The position numbers and the translations under genes are program-made. From NCBI GenBank assembly GCA_045104975.1, contig JBGCCY010000129.1:24748-88747 (forward strand): a stretch of DNA of 64,000 bases, in the 5' to 3' direction. Positions within the stretch are counted from its first letter, which is position 1, and the number at the start of each line of letters is the position of its first letter. Source of the DNA: Saprospiraceae bacterium (lineage in GTDB: Bacteria > Bacteroidota > Bacteroidia > Chitinophagales > Saprospiraceae). The notes beneath the pieces were generated by a model. The model saw only the letters and a program-made list of their open reading frames with translations. It ran no database searches and was not told where the DNA came from. Shown in pieces: positions 27,574 to 36,666 of the stretch.

Positions 27574-28131
27574 GTGCAGACTTTGAACAATCCATATACA
27601 TTAGAAGAACAAGAATTGGTTCGACGATGCCTTCGTCGGGATGATCGTGCACAAATGCGTTTGTACAGAAAGTATGTGCAGGCTATGTATAATACGGTAG
27701 TTAGAATGGTGCCGAACAAAATGGATGCTGAAGATATTATTCAAGAAGTATTTGTGAAGGTTTTTCAAAAATTGAATAAGTTCAGAGGAGAGTCAACTTT
27801 AGGAGCTTGGATAAAAAGGATTACAGTCAACACTACCTTGAATTTTATTAGACAGCGGAAGGAGATCAAATTTATGGAAAATGAAGAATGGGATCGCTCT
27901 AATTTATTGCAAGAAGAAAAAACTATAGATCCTGAGTTTTCAATGAAACAGGTACATCATGCCATCAAAAAATTACCAGATGGTTGCCGAGTAGTATTGA
28001 ATTTATATTTGCTAGAAGGGTATCAACATCAAGAAATTGCTTCGATTTTGAAAATTACAGAATCAACATCCAAGACTCAATATCGAAGAGGAAAACAACT
28101 TTTAGCTAACGAATTAAGAACATTAAGATAG
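27574..28131 (+). CDS. ECF-type RNA polymerase sigma-70 family factor
   Basis: GTG start. Region 2 (DAEDIIQEVFVKVFQKL) and region 4 HTH (EGYQHQEIASILKITESTSKTQYRRG) are both present. Confidence 0.85.
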   Translation: MQTLNNPYTLEEQELVRRCLRRDDRAQMRLYRKYVQAMYNTVVRMVPNKMDAEDIIQEVFVKVFQKLNKFRGESTLGAWIKRITVNTTLNFIRQRKEIKFMENEEWDRSNLLQEEKTIDPEFSMKQVHHAIKKLPDGCRVVLNLYLLEGYQHQEIASILKITESTSKTQYRRGKQLLANELRTLR

Positions 28132-28151
28132 TCCAAACTAAATCAAAAGAA

Positions 28152-28715
28152 ATGGATTTTTTAGAAAAAAGAATTAATGAACATAGAGACGAATTCGACG
28201 AAATCGAGCGAGTGGATGAAGGCCTCCTTTGGCAAAATATCCAAGCAGATTTGGGCGATAAGACTCCAGTAAAAAAACTTCACTCCAGTCGATTTTTACA
28301 AATATATGCAGTTGCAGCTACGGTAGCTTTGCTGGTAATGGCAAGTTGGTTTTTTTATAATAATCAAAATGCAGCGCCTGCTGTAGCCATCATTGATGAA
28401 GATAATACTCCACAGAAGTTTTTAGACTTTCCAGAAGAAGAAAATTATCAGCAATTGGTGGCGGAGAAAAAAGAAGAGATTGATTTTGATGAAATCAATA
28501 AATCAAAATATAAAGATATTTTTCATGAATTAGAATTATTAGAAGATGTTCATGATGAATTCAAAGAGGACTTGCCGGTTATCTCAGATGAGGAAAAAGC
28601 CATTCAAGTTTTACAAAAATACTACGAACGAAAAATTCGAATATTAGAACGATTATCTAAAGAAATAGAAAAAAAATCTCGTGATGAAAAAAGAGTTAAT
28701 GAAAAACTTATGTAG
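28152..28715 (+). CDS. Single-pass membrane protein, putative anti-sigma factor
   Basis: Lies immediately after the ECF sigma gene. It has one TM (FLQIYAVAATVALLVMASWFF) and an acidic C-terminal part. No zinc-binding anti-sigma motif is visible. Confidence 0.5.
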   Translation: MDFLEKRINEHRDEFDEIERVDEGLLWQNIQADLGDKTPVKKLHSSRFLQIYAVAATVALLVMASWFFYNNQNAAPAVAIIDEDNTPQKFLDFPEEENYQQLVAEKKEEIDFDEINKSKYKDIFHELELLEDVHDEFKEDLPVISDEEKAIQVLQKYYERKIRILERLSKEIEKKSRDEKRVNEKLM

Positions 28716-30006
28716 AATTATTTGCATGGTTGGATTGATCTTAGTTCATTTTAATTTGTCAGCCCAAATTGAAAAAACAAAAACTATTGATGAATCATTT
28801 GCTGTGCAAAAAGGAGCATTTGTTCAAATCTCCCACCAAAAAGGTGCGATGTATGTAAAAAAATCAATGACCAATAAAGTGGAAGTTCGATTGTATGTTT
28901 TGGTGGAAGGGAACAAAGAGAAAGATGTCGAAAGAATGTTGAATACCATTAATATTGAACATAATGGGAATGATAAATCTCAGTTGGAAATTACTACTAA
29001 AACTAACACAACTAACTGGTCCAAAATAAATGGAGTCAGTACAGTAAAATTAAATACAGGAGTTCAACTAAAAGGTATTCAAGAGATGCAAGTTGATATG
29101 GAAGTGTCTGTTCCTGAAGGAGTGAATCTTAAATTGATGAATAAGTATGATAATATCACTTTGGAAGAAATAGAAGCGAATGTTGAGATTAGTAATTATA
29201 ATGGAAATATCGAAACACAAAATATTGATGGTGATTTGAAGGTCGATTTGAAATATGGAAATGCAACCATTGGAAGTGTAAAAAATGCTGATTTAGAAAT
29301 CTATGAATCTAAGTTGGTGATGGGAAATTGTAATTCATTGAAATTGAATTCTAAATATTCAAAACATACTTTTTCTAAAATTCAAGAAGCTGATATTGAA
29401 TCGTACGAAGGTAATTTTGAAATTTCAAAAATCGAAAGAAAGCTAAACATTAATGATAAATATTCTGTGTGGACTATCGGATCTATAAAGTTAGCTAAAA
29501 TTAAATCTTATGATGGTGAATGGACAGTTGGCTCAATTGAAGATTTATTTGTAAGAGGTAAAGAAAGTGAATATACTATTGGTTCAGCAGAAAATGTTGA
29601 TTGTGAAAAATCCTATCAAGATGAATTTAAAATAGGAACACTCGGTATTTTCAAATGCGGCGACAGCAAATATATCGAAGTGGAAGTTGGAACATTAAAA
29701 AAAGGAATTTACGCCACGCAAACTTATAATGGTGAAATTGAAGTGACTAAAGTACTTTCTTCATTTGAAGGTGCTGAATTTTCAGGAAAAAAATCTGACC
29801 TGGAATTGCCTTTGGATAATATGAGATATCAATTGGAACTCGATGTGAAAAATGCAGATATTTCATTGGAAGAAGATAATCTAGACGCTGGGTTTGTTTC
29901 GGAAAAAAATAACCATCTTCAAATCAAAGGAAAGATGAATAAGGCAAATGATCGAAGTCCAAAAGTGATCATTAAAGGAATTAATCTTGATATTGAATTC
30001 GATTAA
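28684..30006 (+). CDS. Secreted repeat protein (DUF4097/putative-adhesin-like beta-helix)
   Basis: The ATG at 28684 overlaps the previous ORF by 32 nt. It has a signal peptide and many degenerate repeats of about 20 aa (YNGNIETQNIDGDLKVDLKYGNATIGSV...). Confidence 0.55.
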   Translation: MKKELMKNLCRIICMVGLILVHFNLSAQIEKTKTIDESFAVQKGAFVQISHQKGAMYVKKSMTNKVEVRLYVLVEGNKEKDVERMLNTINIEHNGNDKSQLEITTKTNTTNWSKINGVSTVKLNTGVQLKGIQEMQVDMEVSVPEGVNLKLMNKYDNITLEEIEANVEISNYNGNIETQNIDGDLKVDLKYGNATIGSVKNADLEIYESKLVMGNCNSLKLNSKYSKHTFSKIQEADIESYEGNFEISKIERKLNINDKYSVWTIGSIKLAKIKSYDGEWTVGSIEDLFVRGKESEYTIGSAENVDCEKSYQDEFKIGTLGIFKCGDSKYIEVEVGTLKKGIYATQTYNGEIEVTKVLSSFEGAEFSGKKSDLELPLDNMRYQLELDVKNADISLEEDNLDAGFVSEKNNHLQIKGKMNKANDRSPKVIIKGINLDIEFD

Positions 30007-30031
30007 GTCTCAACCTTCTTTTGATTTTAAA

Positions 30032-30077
30032 AAATAGACCTTCTAAAATTTTAACTTTAGGAGGTCTATTTTTTTAG
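30032..30077 (+). terminator. Intrinsic terminator ending the ECF operon
   Basis: Stem atagacc(t)tct / aggaggtctat followed by T7. Confidence 0.65.
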
Positions 30078-30135
30078 AATCTTTTTTGGAAAATTGTGGT
30101 TGTAAGTATATTATAAATCAAAACAACCATTCCTA

Positions 30136-30924
30136 ATGAATCCGATTTTCACCAAAAGATTAAAAATAATAATTGAGCACTTCCCAACTGGAATTTTAAA
30201 AATAGAAGAAGAAGATTTAAGACTTCCAATTGCTCTAGACAAATGGTCAAAAAAAGAGATTCTAGGACACCTCATCGACTCTGCTAGAGTCAATCTTCAA
30301 CGATTTTTAGAAGTACAACATTCTCCTGCACCTTACATCGTACAGCGATATATGCAAGATGAATTAGTGAAATTAAATGATTATCAAAATGTTCCCACAC
30401 TTGAAATTATCCAACTTTGGAAAAGTTTGAATCAACAAATTGTGAACGTATTTGATCGAGTGTCTGAATCTGATTTATCCAAACGAGTGGAAATTCCTCA
30501 CGAAGATAGAATCAAAGATTTGAGATTTATCATGGAAGATTATGTGGCTCACTTGGAACATCATGTCAAACAAATTTTAGGCAGTTTAGATTTTGAAATA
30601 AAAAACGAAAATAGACAAGTAAGCGTAGAAGAAGCAATGCACCTTTTGGGAGATGATACTCGATTTGCAACTGTTTTGGAAAATGGATCAATGATTGTTG
30701 AAATCTATCAGCCTATCAAAAAAGACTTACAAAATCCTCATGCACAAGATGAATTATATGTTATCATCAGCGGCAGCGGTGAGTTTTTAAATGATGGAAA
30801 AATTACTGAATTTAAAACTGGAGATGTACTTTTTGTTCCTGCTGGTGTGGAACATCGTTTTGAAAAATTCACCGAAGATTTTAAAACATGGGTGATTTTT
30901 TATGGAGCAATAGGAGGAGAGTAG
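30136..30924 (+). CDS. DinB-like helical-bundle domain fused to a cupin domain
   Basis: The N-terminal half (WSKKEILGHLIDSARVN...HLEHH) is DinB-like. The C-terminal half (DELYVIISGSGEF...GDVLFVPAGVEHRF) is a cupin. Confidence 0.65.
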   Translation: MNPIFTKRLKIIIEHFPTGILKIEEEDLRLPIALDKWSKKEILGHLIDSARVNLQRFLEVQHSPAPYIVQRYMQDELVKLNDYQNVPTLEIIQLWKSLNQQIVNVFDRVSESDLSKRVEIPHEDRIKDLRFIMEDYVAHLEHHVKQILGSLDFEIKNENRQVSVEEAMHLLGDDTRFATVLENGSMIVEIYQPIKKDLQNPHAQDELYVIISGSGEFLNDGKITEFKTGDVLFVPAGVEHRFEKFTEDFKTWVIFYGAIGGE

Positions 30925-30935
30925 AATGGGAATGT

Positions 30936-31044
30936 CGAATAATGAACAAGGATTTGAGATTTTAGAAGTTTTCCAGAATATGATAAAAAACATATTGTTA
31001 TCATCAAACTTCTCAAGTCATAAATCCTTGTTCGATATTCGTTA
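30936..31044. repeat. Long-range inverted repeat at convergent junction
   Basis: The arm tcgaataatgaacaaggattt (left) pairs with aaatccttgttcgatattcg (right) with 2 mismatches in about 20 bp. Nested small hairpins lie between the arms. Confidence 0.55.
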
Positions 31045-31051
31045 TTCTAGA

Positions 31052-31675
31052 TTATTTCTTCAAGAAATTACCAAACATTTTCATACCCATGTTTGCTAAA
31101 TCATCCATCACACTTCCGTCTCCATCTTGATCTAAGAATTTACCAATAAATCCAAGTTCTTTTCGCTTAGAAGATTCAGACTGGATTGTTTGATTTAGGA
31201 TTTCAGATAAACCACCTTGGTCAAGATTATTTGTACGTTTTTGTTTTCCTAACATACCCAAAACGATAGGAGCTAACATACTCATCAAGTTTCCAGTTTT
31301 GTCAGATTGCAAACCACTCATTTTACTGATTACGTCAATTGCATTTGATTGCTTTCCGCCAAGAATGTGTTTTAAAATACCAGCACCATTTAATGCACTT
31401 GAATTTACTTCAGGTTTTTTCTGCATGCTTCCAGTAGCATATCCCATCAAGTCATCAAGGATACTTCCATCGTGATCTCTATCCAAAGCAGAAGCCAAAG
31501 CTCCAGCACCTTCAGGAGTTGCTGCATTTTTTGCCAAAGCCGAAGTAATCATAGAAATAATACCAGAAGTGGCATCAGCAGTTTGTTGTTTGTCCGCACC
31601 ACCAAGTTGGTTTGCGAATTGCTCCACGAGTCCTTCAGAGAGTTGTCCTTGAAGTAGGTCAATTAAGTTTGCCAT
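31052..31675 (-). CDS. DUF937-like protein
   Basis: Trimmed to the ATG at 31675 (MANLIDLLQGQL...). Carries the repeated D-x-D-G-S motif (LDRDHDGSILDDL and LDQDGDGSVMDDL) typical of DUF937. Confidence 0.65.
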   Translation of the reverse strand: MANLIDLLQGQLSEGLVEQFANQLGGADKQQTADATSGIISMITSALAKNAATPEGAGALASALDRDHDGSILDDLMGYATGSMQKKPEVNSSALNGAGILKHILGGKQSNAIDVISKMSGLQSDKTGNLMSMLAPIVLGMLGKQKRTNNLDQGGLSEILNQTIQSESSKRKELGFIGKFLDQDGDGSVMDDLANMGMKMFGNFLKK

Positions 31676-31885
31676 ATAAAATTTAAAATTATAAATCCCC
31701 AAAATTGAGGATGGGTGAAAAAATTAGAGTCTCAAAAAATATGATTGTCTCTTTTTAAAATAATATTTTGCTCATTTCATCGTCGTATTTATAATATAGC
31801 ATAATTTATGCATTAGTAATTATTGACATGTGTTTTGGGTTTTAAAACACAAAAAAACTATACATTTTCCAATAGTTTATACTCT

Positions 31886-32920
31886 ATGAATATTTCAAAG
31901 TCACTTTTAACGATACATTTTTGCATTATTTCTTTTGGAATAAATGCGCAACACTTGCATACGCCTCAAGAGGTAGAACAATATATGAAAAAATCTACTA
32001 TTCAATATCAAATGGATTCGTTATCTGTGGAATTGGAAGCGGTTTTTTTCCCATTAATCGAGAAAGGAAGCTTTTTGGAAAAAACTAAGAATGGGGTTCA
32101 AATTAGAAAAAAGGAATTTTTACTCCATAAAAAGTCAAAACGTTTTTATAAAAAAGCCGAAAAAGCAATTTCAAAAAATAAGTTGGAGAAAGCAATTAAA
32201 TATTATACCAAAGCCATTGAAGCGCAACCCGACCAACTCCAATTGATTAATGAATTTGCTAATTTTTATTGGGAAAATGGAGATATGGAAAATGTCGTTT
32301 TTTGGGCGAGAAAAGGAATTGAATTAAATCCAGTTGATTTTGAAGCGCATGCTCGCTTGGCATTGGCGTTGCAAAATTTAGGAAAAAAAACGGAAGCATT
32401 GGAGCATATTATTTTGGCTCATTTGTACAATCGAAATCATCCAAAAATTATCGAAATCATGCCATCTATTTTTAAAGAAAATGGACTGAATTACCAAGAC
32501 TATATTTTTCAACCTGAGTATAAAATTGAAAAACTAGCCTCGAATCAAGTTTCTATTCAAGCTAATTTGGAACCTTGGAAATCTTACGCTGCTTGCAAAG
32601 CACTTTGGCAAAACGAAGAAAATTATAGAACCGAAATGAGTTACTTGTCAAAAAAAGATATTACTTCTATCGAGCAAAAAGAATGTTTACTCAATGCATT
32701 AATTGGTTATGGAAAAATGGGAAAAGGAAAAGAGAAATTTTCTATTTTTGATATTTTGGAAAAATCGTTGCAGTATCGAATGATTGATGATTTTATTTTT
32801 TATGAAATTAAATTGAGACAAGACCCGACATTAATTTATTTTTTACCAAAAGAAAAAAAAGATAGAATCGTTCGATATTTGAAAACGATTCGAGTAGGAA
32901 AGGAGGTGACCCCAGAATAA
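31886..32920 (+). CDS. TPR-repeat protein, secreted
   Basis: The track start at 31823 is TTG. The ATG at 31886 gives a signal peptide (MNISKSLLTIHFCIISFGINAQ). TPR-like repeats are present (AIKYYTKAIEAQPD, VFWARKGIELNPVD). Confidence 0.6.
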   Translation: MNISKSLLTIHFCIISFGINAQHLHTPQEVEQYMKKSTIQYQMDSLSVELEAVFFPLIEKGSFLEKTKNGVQIRKKEFLLHKKSKRFYKKAEKAISKNKLEKAIKYYTKAIEAQPDQLQLINEFANFYWENGDMENVVFWARKGIELNPVDFEAHARLALALQNLGKKTEALEHIILAHLYNRNHPKIIEIMPSIFKENGLNYQDYIFQPEYKIEKLASNQVSIQANLEPWKSYAACKALWQNEENYRTEMSYLSKKDITSIEQKECLLNALIGYGKMGKGKEKFSIFDILEKSLQYRMIDDFIFYEIKLRQDPTLIYFLPKEKKDRIVRYLKTIRVGKEVTPE

Positions 32921-33011
32921 AGTCTGTATTCCTCCGTGACCTAAAAAAAATATCAAAATTTTCTCAACTATTTTACATTTTTCCTACCTTCATTTTTTCA
33001 AAATAAGCAGA

Positions 33012-33986
33012 ATGAAAAAATTAAATATAGCTATTATTACTGGCGGAATTGTCGCAGAACGAGGAATCTCACTCAAGAGTGCTAAAGTAATTCACAAACA
33101 TCTCAATCGAGGAAAATACACACCATATTTAATTGATTTTGATGGGGAAAAATTCATTGAAATTTCCTCAAAAAAGAAATTGAGTAAAGTCGATTTTTCC
33201 TTTTCCAAAGATGGAAAAAAAGCAAAAATTGATCTTGCATTTTTGATGCTTCACGGTAGTCCTGCTGAAGATGGGAAGCTTCAAGGATATTTGGAAATTA
33301 TGGGAATTCCATACACAGGTTGTGATGTCTTTGTGAGTAGTTTGACTTTTGACAAACAATCGTGCAAGACCTTTTTGAAAAGTTATAATATTCCGATGGC
33401 AGATTCTCAACTCATTCGGAAAGGGGAAAAAGTGAATGTGAAACGAATTGAAAAAATGGGATTCCCGCAATTTGTCAAACCCAATAAAAATGGAAGTAGC
33501 TATGGAATAACCAAAGTAAATGAGAAATCTGAAATCAAACCAGCTGTCGAAAAAGCGATGCAATTTGATGATGAGGTAATCATCGAAGGGTTTTTGAAAG
33601 GGCGAGAATTTTCCAATGGCGTTTTCCGAAGAGGGGATGAAATTATTGTTTTGCCAATCACAGAAATTATTTCCAAAAATGATTTTTTTGATTTTAAAGC
33701 AAAGTATGAAAATGAAAGTCAAGAAGTGACCCCAGCAGATTTGTCAAAAAAAGATACCACAACTTGTCAAGCACTTTCCAAAAAAATATACCTCGCGCTC
33801 GGCGGCAAAGGAATGGTACGGATGGATTATATTAAAAAGGGAAAAACGTTTTACTTTTTGGAAGCGAATACGATTCCTGGATTTTCGGAACAGAGTCTTT
33901 TTCCTCAACAAATTGTAGGTGCAGGAATGACAATTAAAGAAGTACTTGATGCTGTGGTGGACGAAAGGATGAATTTGGTTGAATGA
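33012..33986 (+). CDS. ddl: D-alanine--D-alanine ligase
   Basis: Motifs LHGSPAEDGKLQGYLEIMGIPYTG, ATP-grasp FVKPNKNGSSYGITKV, and MVRMDY...FLEANTIPGF. Confidence 0.9.
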   Translation: MKKLNIAIITGGIVAERGISLKSAKVIHKHLNRGKYTPYLIDFDGEKFIEISSKKKLSKVDFSFSKDGKKAKIDLAFLMLHGSPAEDGKLQGYLEIMGIPYTGCDVFVSSLTFDKQSCKTFLKSYNIPMADSQLIRKGEKVNVKRIEKMGFPQFVKPNKNGSSYGITKVNEKSEIKPAVEKAMQFDDEVIIEGFLKGREFSNGVFRRGDEIIVLPITEIISKNDFFDFKAKYENESQEVTPADLSKKDTTTCQALSKKIYLALGGKGMVRMDYIKKGKTFYFLEANTIPGFSEQSLFPQQIVGAGMTIKEVLDAVVDERMNLVE

Positions 33987-34061
33987 CTATCACCTCTACA
34001 GTAAAAATAAACCCCAAGATCAATTCTAAATTGGTTACTTTTGAGAAAAAATAAATAAATT

Positions 34062-35297
34062 TTGACCGATATTACAAAAAGAATAGATTCCAATATTTCA
34101 AACCCAAGGGACATTGTGCAAGCTGCGCAGGAATATGTCCTTCAAGCTTTTAATGAAAAAAATGGAACTCAATTGCTTTATCACAACTATCAACGAACTG
34201 CCCAAATTGTTGAGACGGTAGAAATGATTGGAACAAATGCGACAACTGAAAATTTGGAAATTGCTAAAATTGCAGCTTGGTTTCAAGGGATTGGATATTT
34301 AGAAGATTTCCGAAATTATGAAATTAAAAGTACGCATCGAGTAAGTAATTTTTTGAAAAATAAAAATTATCCGGATACAAAAATTGATCGAGTTGCCAAT
34401 GCCATTTTAAATGCTCGAAGAGGTGGGAGACCGATGGGAATTGCAGACGAAATGGTTGCCGATGCGATTACAGCTTTTGATTTTGCTAATGATTTTTTTG
34501 AGAAAAATCCATTGAATAGATTAGAACAAGAACTACTCTCTGGTGAAAAAATAGTATCAACAGAATGGGAGCAGGTACAAATGAATCAGTTGCTCGAAGC
34601 AAAATTTTATACTGCTAATGCAAAGATTAAATTTGAACCAATCGTAGCGCAAAATATTTTGACGCAACAACAAGTTGCTGAAAAAGGAAGAGCCAAGGCG
34701 TTCCAAAATATTGATGACGATGAAGAGAATAAATTGCGCAAATATCAAAATCTCGAAAAGAAAGTTCCTCGTAGCGGCATCCAAACTTTTTTCCGTTCAA
34801 GTTATCGAAGTCATATTCATTTGAGTATGATTGCTGACAACAAAGCGAACATTATGATTAGCGTCAATGCAATTGTAATTTCATTGTTAATTTCGGTTTT
34901 GACTTACCAAGATATTACGACGACTGCTCCACAAATATTACTTCCAGTAGTGACATTTTTGATTACGGGAATGACTAGTTTAGTTTTTGCGGTACTCGCT
35001 GTTCGACCAAAAGTAACACAATTGAATACGAGTGAGACGGCTAAAAAAGATCATAAAAAAAATATTGTCTTCTTTGGGAATTTCGTGAATTTGGAATTGG
35101 AAGAATATGAAGAAGCGATGGATGCAATGTTTCGAGAAGGTGAATTGATGTATGGAAATATGACTCGTGATTTATATTTTTTAGGAAAAGTATTGGATAA
35201 GAAATATCGTTACTTGACGCATTCATATAATATTTTCATGGTTGGGTTTGTGGCGACGGTTTTGATTTTTTTGGTTTCGATATTTCTAAATGCTTAA
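34062..35297 (+). CDS. Membrane protein: degenerate HD-like N-terminal domain plus DUF5706/PycTM-like (Pycsar-effector-type) C-terminal TM domain
   Basis: TTG start as given by the track. The N-terminal half has HD-family spacing (LLYHNYQRTAQIV ... IAAWFQGIGY) but no HD dipeptide. The C-terminal half contains RSGIQTFFRSSYRSHIHLSMIADNKANIMISVNAI plus three TM helices. Confidence 0.55.
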   Translation: MTDITKRIDSNISNPRDIVQAAQEYVLQAFNEKNGTQLLYHNYQRTAQIVETVEMIGTNATTENLEIAKIAAWFQGIGYLEDFRNYEIKSTHRVSNFLKNKNYPDTKIDRVANAILNARRGGRPMGIADEMVADAITAFDFANDFFEKNPLNRLEQELLSGEKIVSTEWEQVQMNQLLEAKFYTANAKIKFEPIVAQNILTQQQVAEKGRAKAFQNIDDDEENKLRKYQNLEKKVPRSGIQTFFRSSYRSHIHLSMIADNKANIMISVNAIVISLLISVLTYQDITTTAPQILLPVVTFLITGMTSLVFAVLAVRPKVTQLNTSETAKKDHKKNIVFFGNFVNLELEEYEEAMDAMFREGELMYGNMTRDLYFLGKVLDKKYRYLTHSYNIFMVGFVATVLIFLVSIFLNA

Positions 35298-35365
35298 AAC
35301 CCCTTGGCCCCTAAAGGGGAGATAGGAAATGCTATTTCTTAGTATTTTCTTTCATGGATAATTTG
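35295..35365 (+). repeat. Terminator-linked repeat family, diverged copy F
   Basis: Begins at the stop codon: taaaaccccttggCCCCTAAAGGGGAG ... ttctttcatggataatt. Compare copy C, which reads ...CCCCTAAAGGGGAG ... tactttcattgatttaat. Confidence 0.5.
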
Positions 35366-35372
35366 GTTTTTG

Positions 35373-36557
35373 ATGAAAAAAATCTTTGAGAATCCTTGGT
35401 TCATTTTTGGTGTGTATATATTGTTATCGTTGGGTGCGACGCTGCAATCTTATTTTGGAAATCCTACCTCTTTTAATAATCTTGAATATACTGCTTATAA
35501 TAATTATTTAATCTTTAAGCAATCTTTTTTTCATTTGATTGAGGGAAAAGATCTCTTCATTTTATATCCCGAAGAACATTGGGACTTGTATAAATATTCT
35601 CCCACCTTTTCTTTATTGATGGCACCTTTGGCAATTTTACCAGATGTAATTGGTTTGTTTTTTTGGAATCTATTGAATGCTTTAGTTTTATTCTTTGGGA
35701 TAAAAAAACTTCAAATGCCAACCCGTTTTAAAGGAATTAATTTATCCAAAATTCATTCATTTATTTTGCTTTTTATTGGTTTAGAATTAATGACTTCGTT
35801 GCAAAATGAACAATCGAATGGACTACTTGCAGGGCTGATTATCCTAGCTTTTGTTTTTTTAGAAAAAGAAAAAATATGGTTGGGAACACTTTGTATCGCC
35901 TTGACTTTTTACATCAAAATATTTGGGATCGTAGCATTTGCTTTATTTTTAGTTTACCCCAAAAAAGGAAAATTTATTTTGTCTTCAGTAGTATGGATGA
36001 TTGTGTTGGGATTGTTACCAGCAGTATTTGTTGGGTTGGATCAGTTGATGCTTTTGTATGAAAGTTGGGGCAAAATGTTGGGCGAGGATCATGCGGTATC
36101 TTATGGATATTCGGTCATGGGTTGGTTGCAAAGTTGGTTTGGATTGGATGTTTCCAAAAATGTAATTGTATTGTTAGGTGTTGCTTTATTTTGTTTACCT
36201 TTAGTGAGTTTTAAGAATTATGTGCATTATGATTTCCGTTGGAGGTTGTTGGTTTCGATTTTGATTTGGGTGGTGATTTTTAATCACAAGGCGGAGTCTC
36301 CAACTTTTGTAATTGCTATGAGTGGAGTAGGGATATGGTATTTTTTTAGTGAAAAAACTAGTGTAAACTTAGCTTTGGTAGTTTTGGCATTTATCTTTAC
36401 CTCACTTTCACCGACGGATTTATTTCCAAGATTTTTGAGAGAACAATTTGTGATACCTTATGTGATGAAGGCGGTATTTTGTATTTTTATTTGGGGGAAG
36501 ATTATTTGGGAAATGTGGAATGTTGATGTAGTATTTTTTGCCACTGACTTGGACTGA
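35373..36557 (+). CDS. Polytopic membrane glycosyltransferase-like protein (GT87/DUF2029-like)
   Basis: ATG at 35373 (the track start at 35370 is TTG). About 10 TM helices. The family call is from overall look only. The last 6 codons lie in the left arm of the 38-bp inverted repeat. Confidence 0.5.
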   Translation: MKKIFENPWFIFGVYILLSLGATLQSYFGNPTSFNNLEYTAYNNYLIFKQSFFHLIEGKDLFILYPEEHWDLYKYSPTFSLLMAPLAILPDVIGLFFWNLLNALVLFFGIKKLQMPTRFKGINLSKIHSFILLFIGLELMTSLQNEQSNGLLAGLIILAFVFLEKEKIWLGTLCIALTFYIKIFGIVAFALFLVYPKKGKFILSSVVWMIVLGLLPAVFVGLDQLMLLYESWGKMLGEDHAVSYGYSVMGWLQSWFGLDVSKNVIVLLGVALFCLPLVSFKNYVHYDFRWRLLVSILIWVVIFNHKAESPTFVIAMSGVGIWYFFSEKTSVNLALVVLAFIFTSLSPTDLFPRFLREQFVIPYVMKAVFCIFIWGKIIWEMWNVDVVFFATDLD

Positions 36558-36658
36558 CTAGTATGACTTTTTATGACTCTCCCACTTTAAGATATCAAAG
36601 TGGATCAAACGGTAGGGGAAGTCATAAAAAGTCATACTAGTCAGTCCAAGTCAGTGGC
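36540..36658. repeat. 119-bp palindromic element with perfect 38-bp arms
   Basis: The sequence gccactgacttggactgactagtatgactttttatgac (36540-36577) is the exact reverse complement of 36621-36658. The 43-nt spacer carries its own 7-bp hairpin (ccacttt / aaagtgg). Confidence 0.85.
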
Positions 36659-36666
36659 AAAAAATA

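Noticed and set aside
33168-33722. 184-aa ORF antisense to ddl. Similar long antisense ORFs lie at 40371..40958 and 40703..41041 (in pheS), 47233..48195 (in hppA), 50024..50579 (in the S41 protease), 52157..52516 (in ABC-F) and 22662..23877 (in thrS).
   Set aside because: All lie fully inside strongly supported genes on the other strand. Their translations are low-complexity or Cys/Phe/Ile-rich with no motifs. They are typical shadow ORFs.
34062-36557. Possibility that the PycTM-like gene marks a complete Pycsar defence system.
   Set aside because: No cyclase-like ORF lies within several kb on either side, and the neighbours are ddl and a polytopic membrane glycosyltransferase-like gene. Only the orphan effector-like protein is reported.
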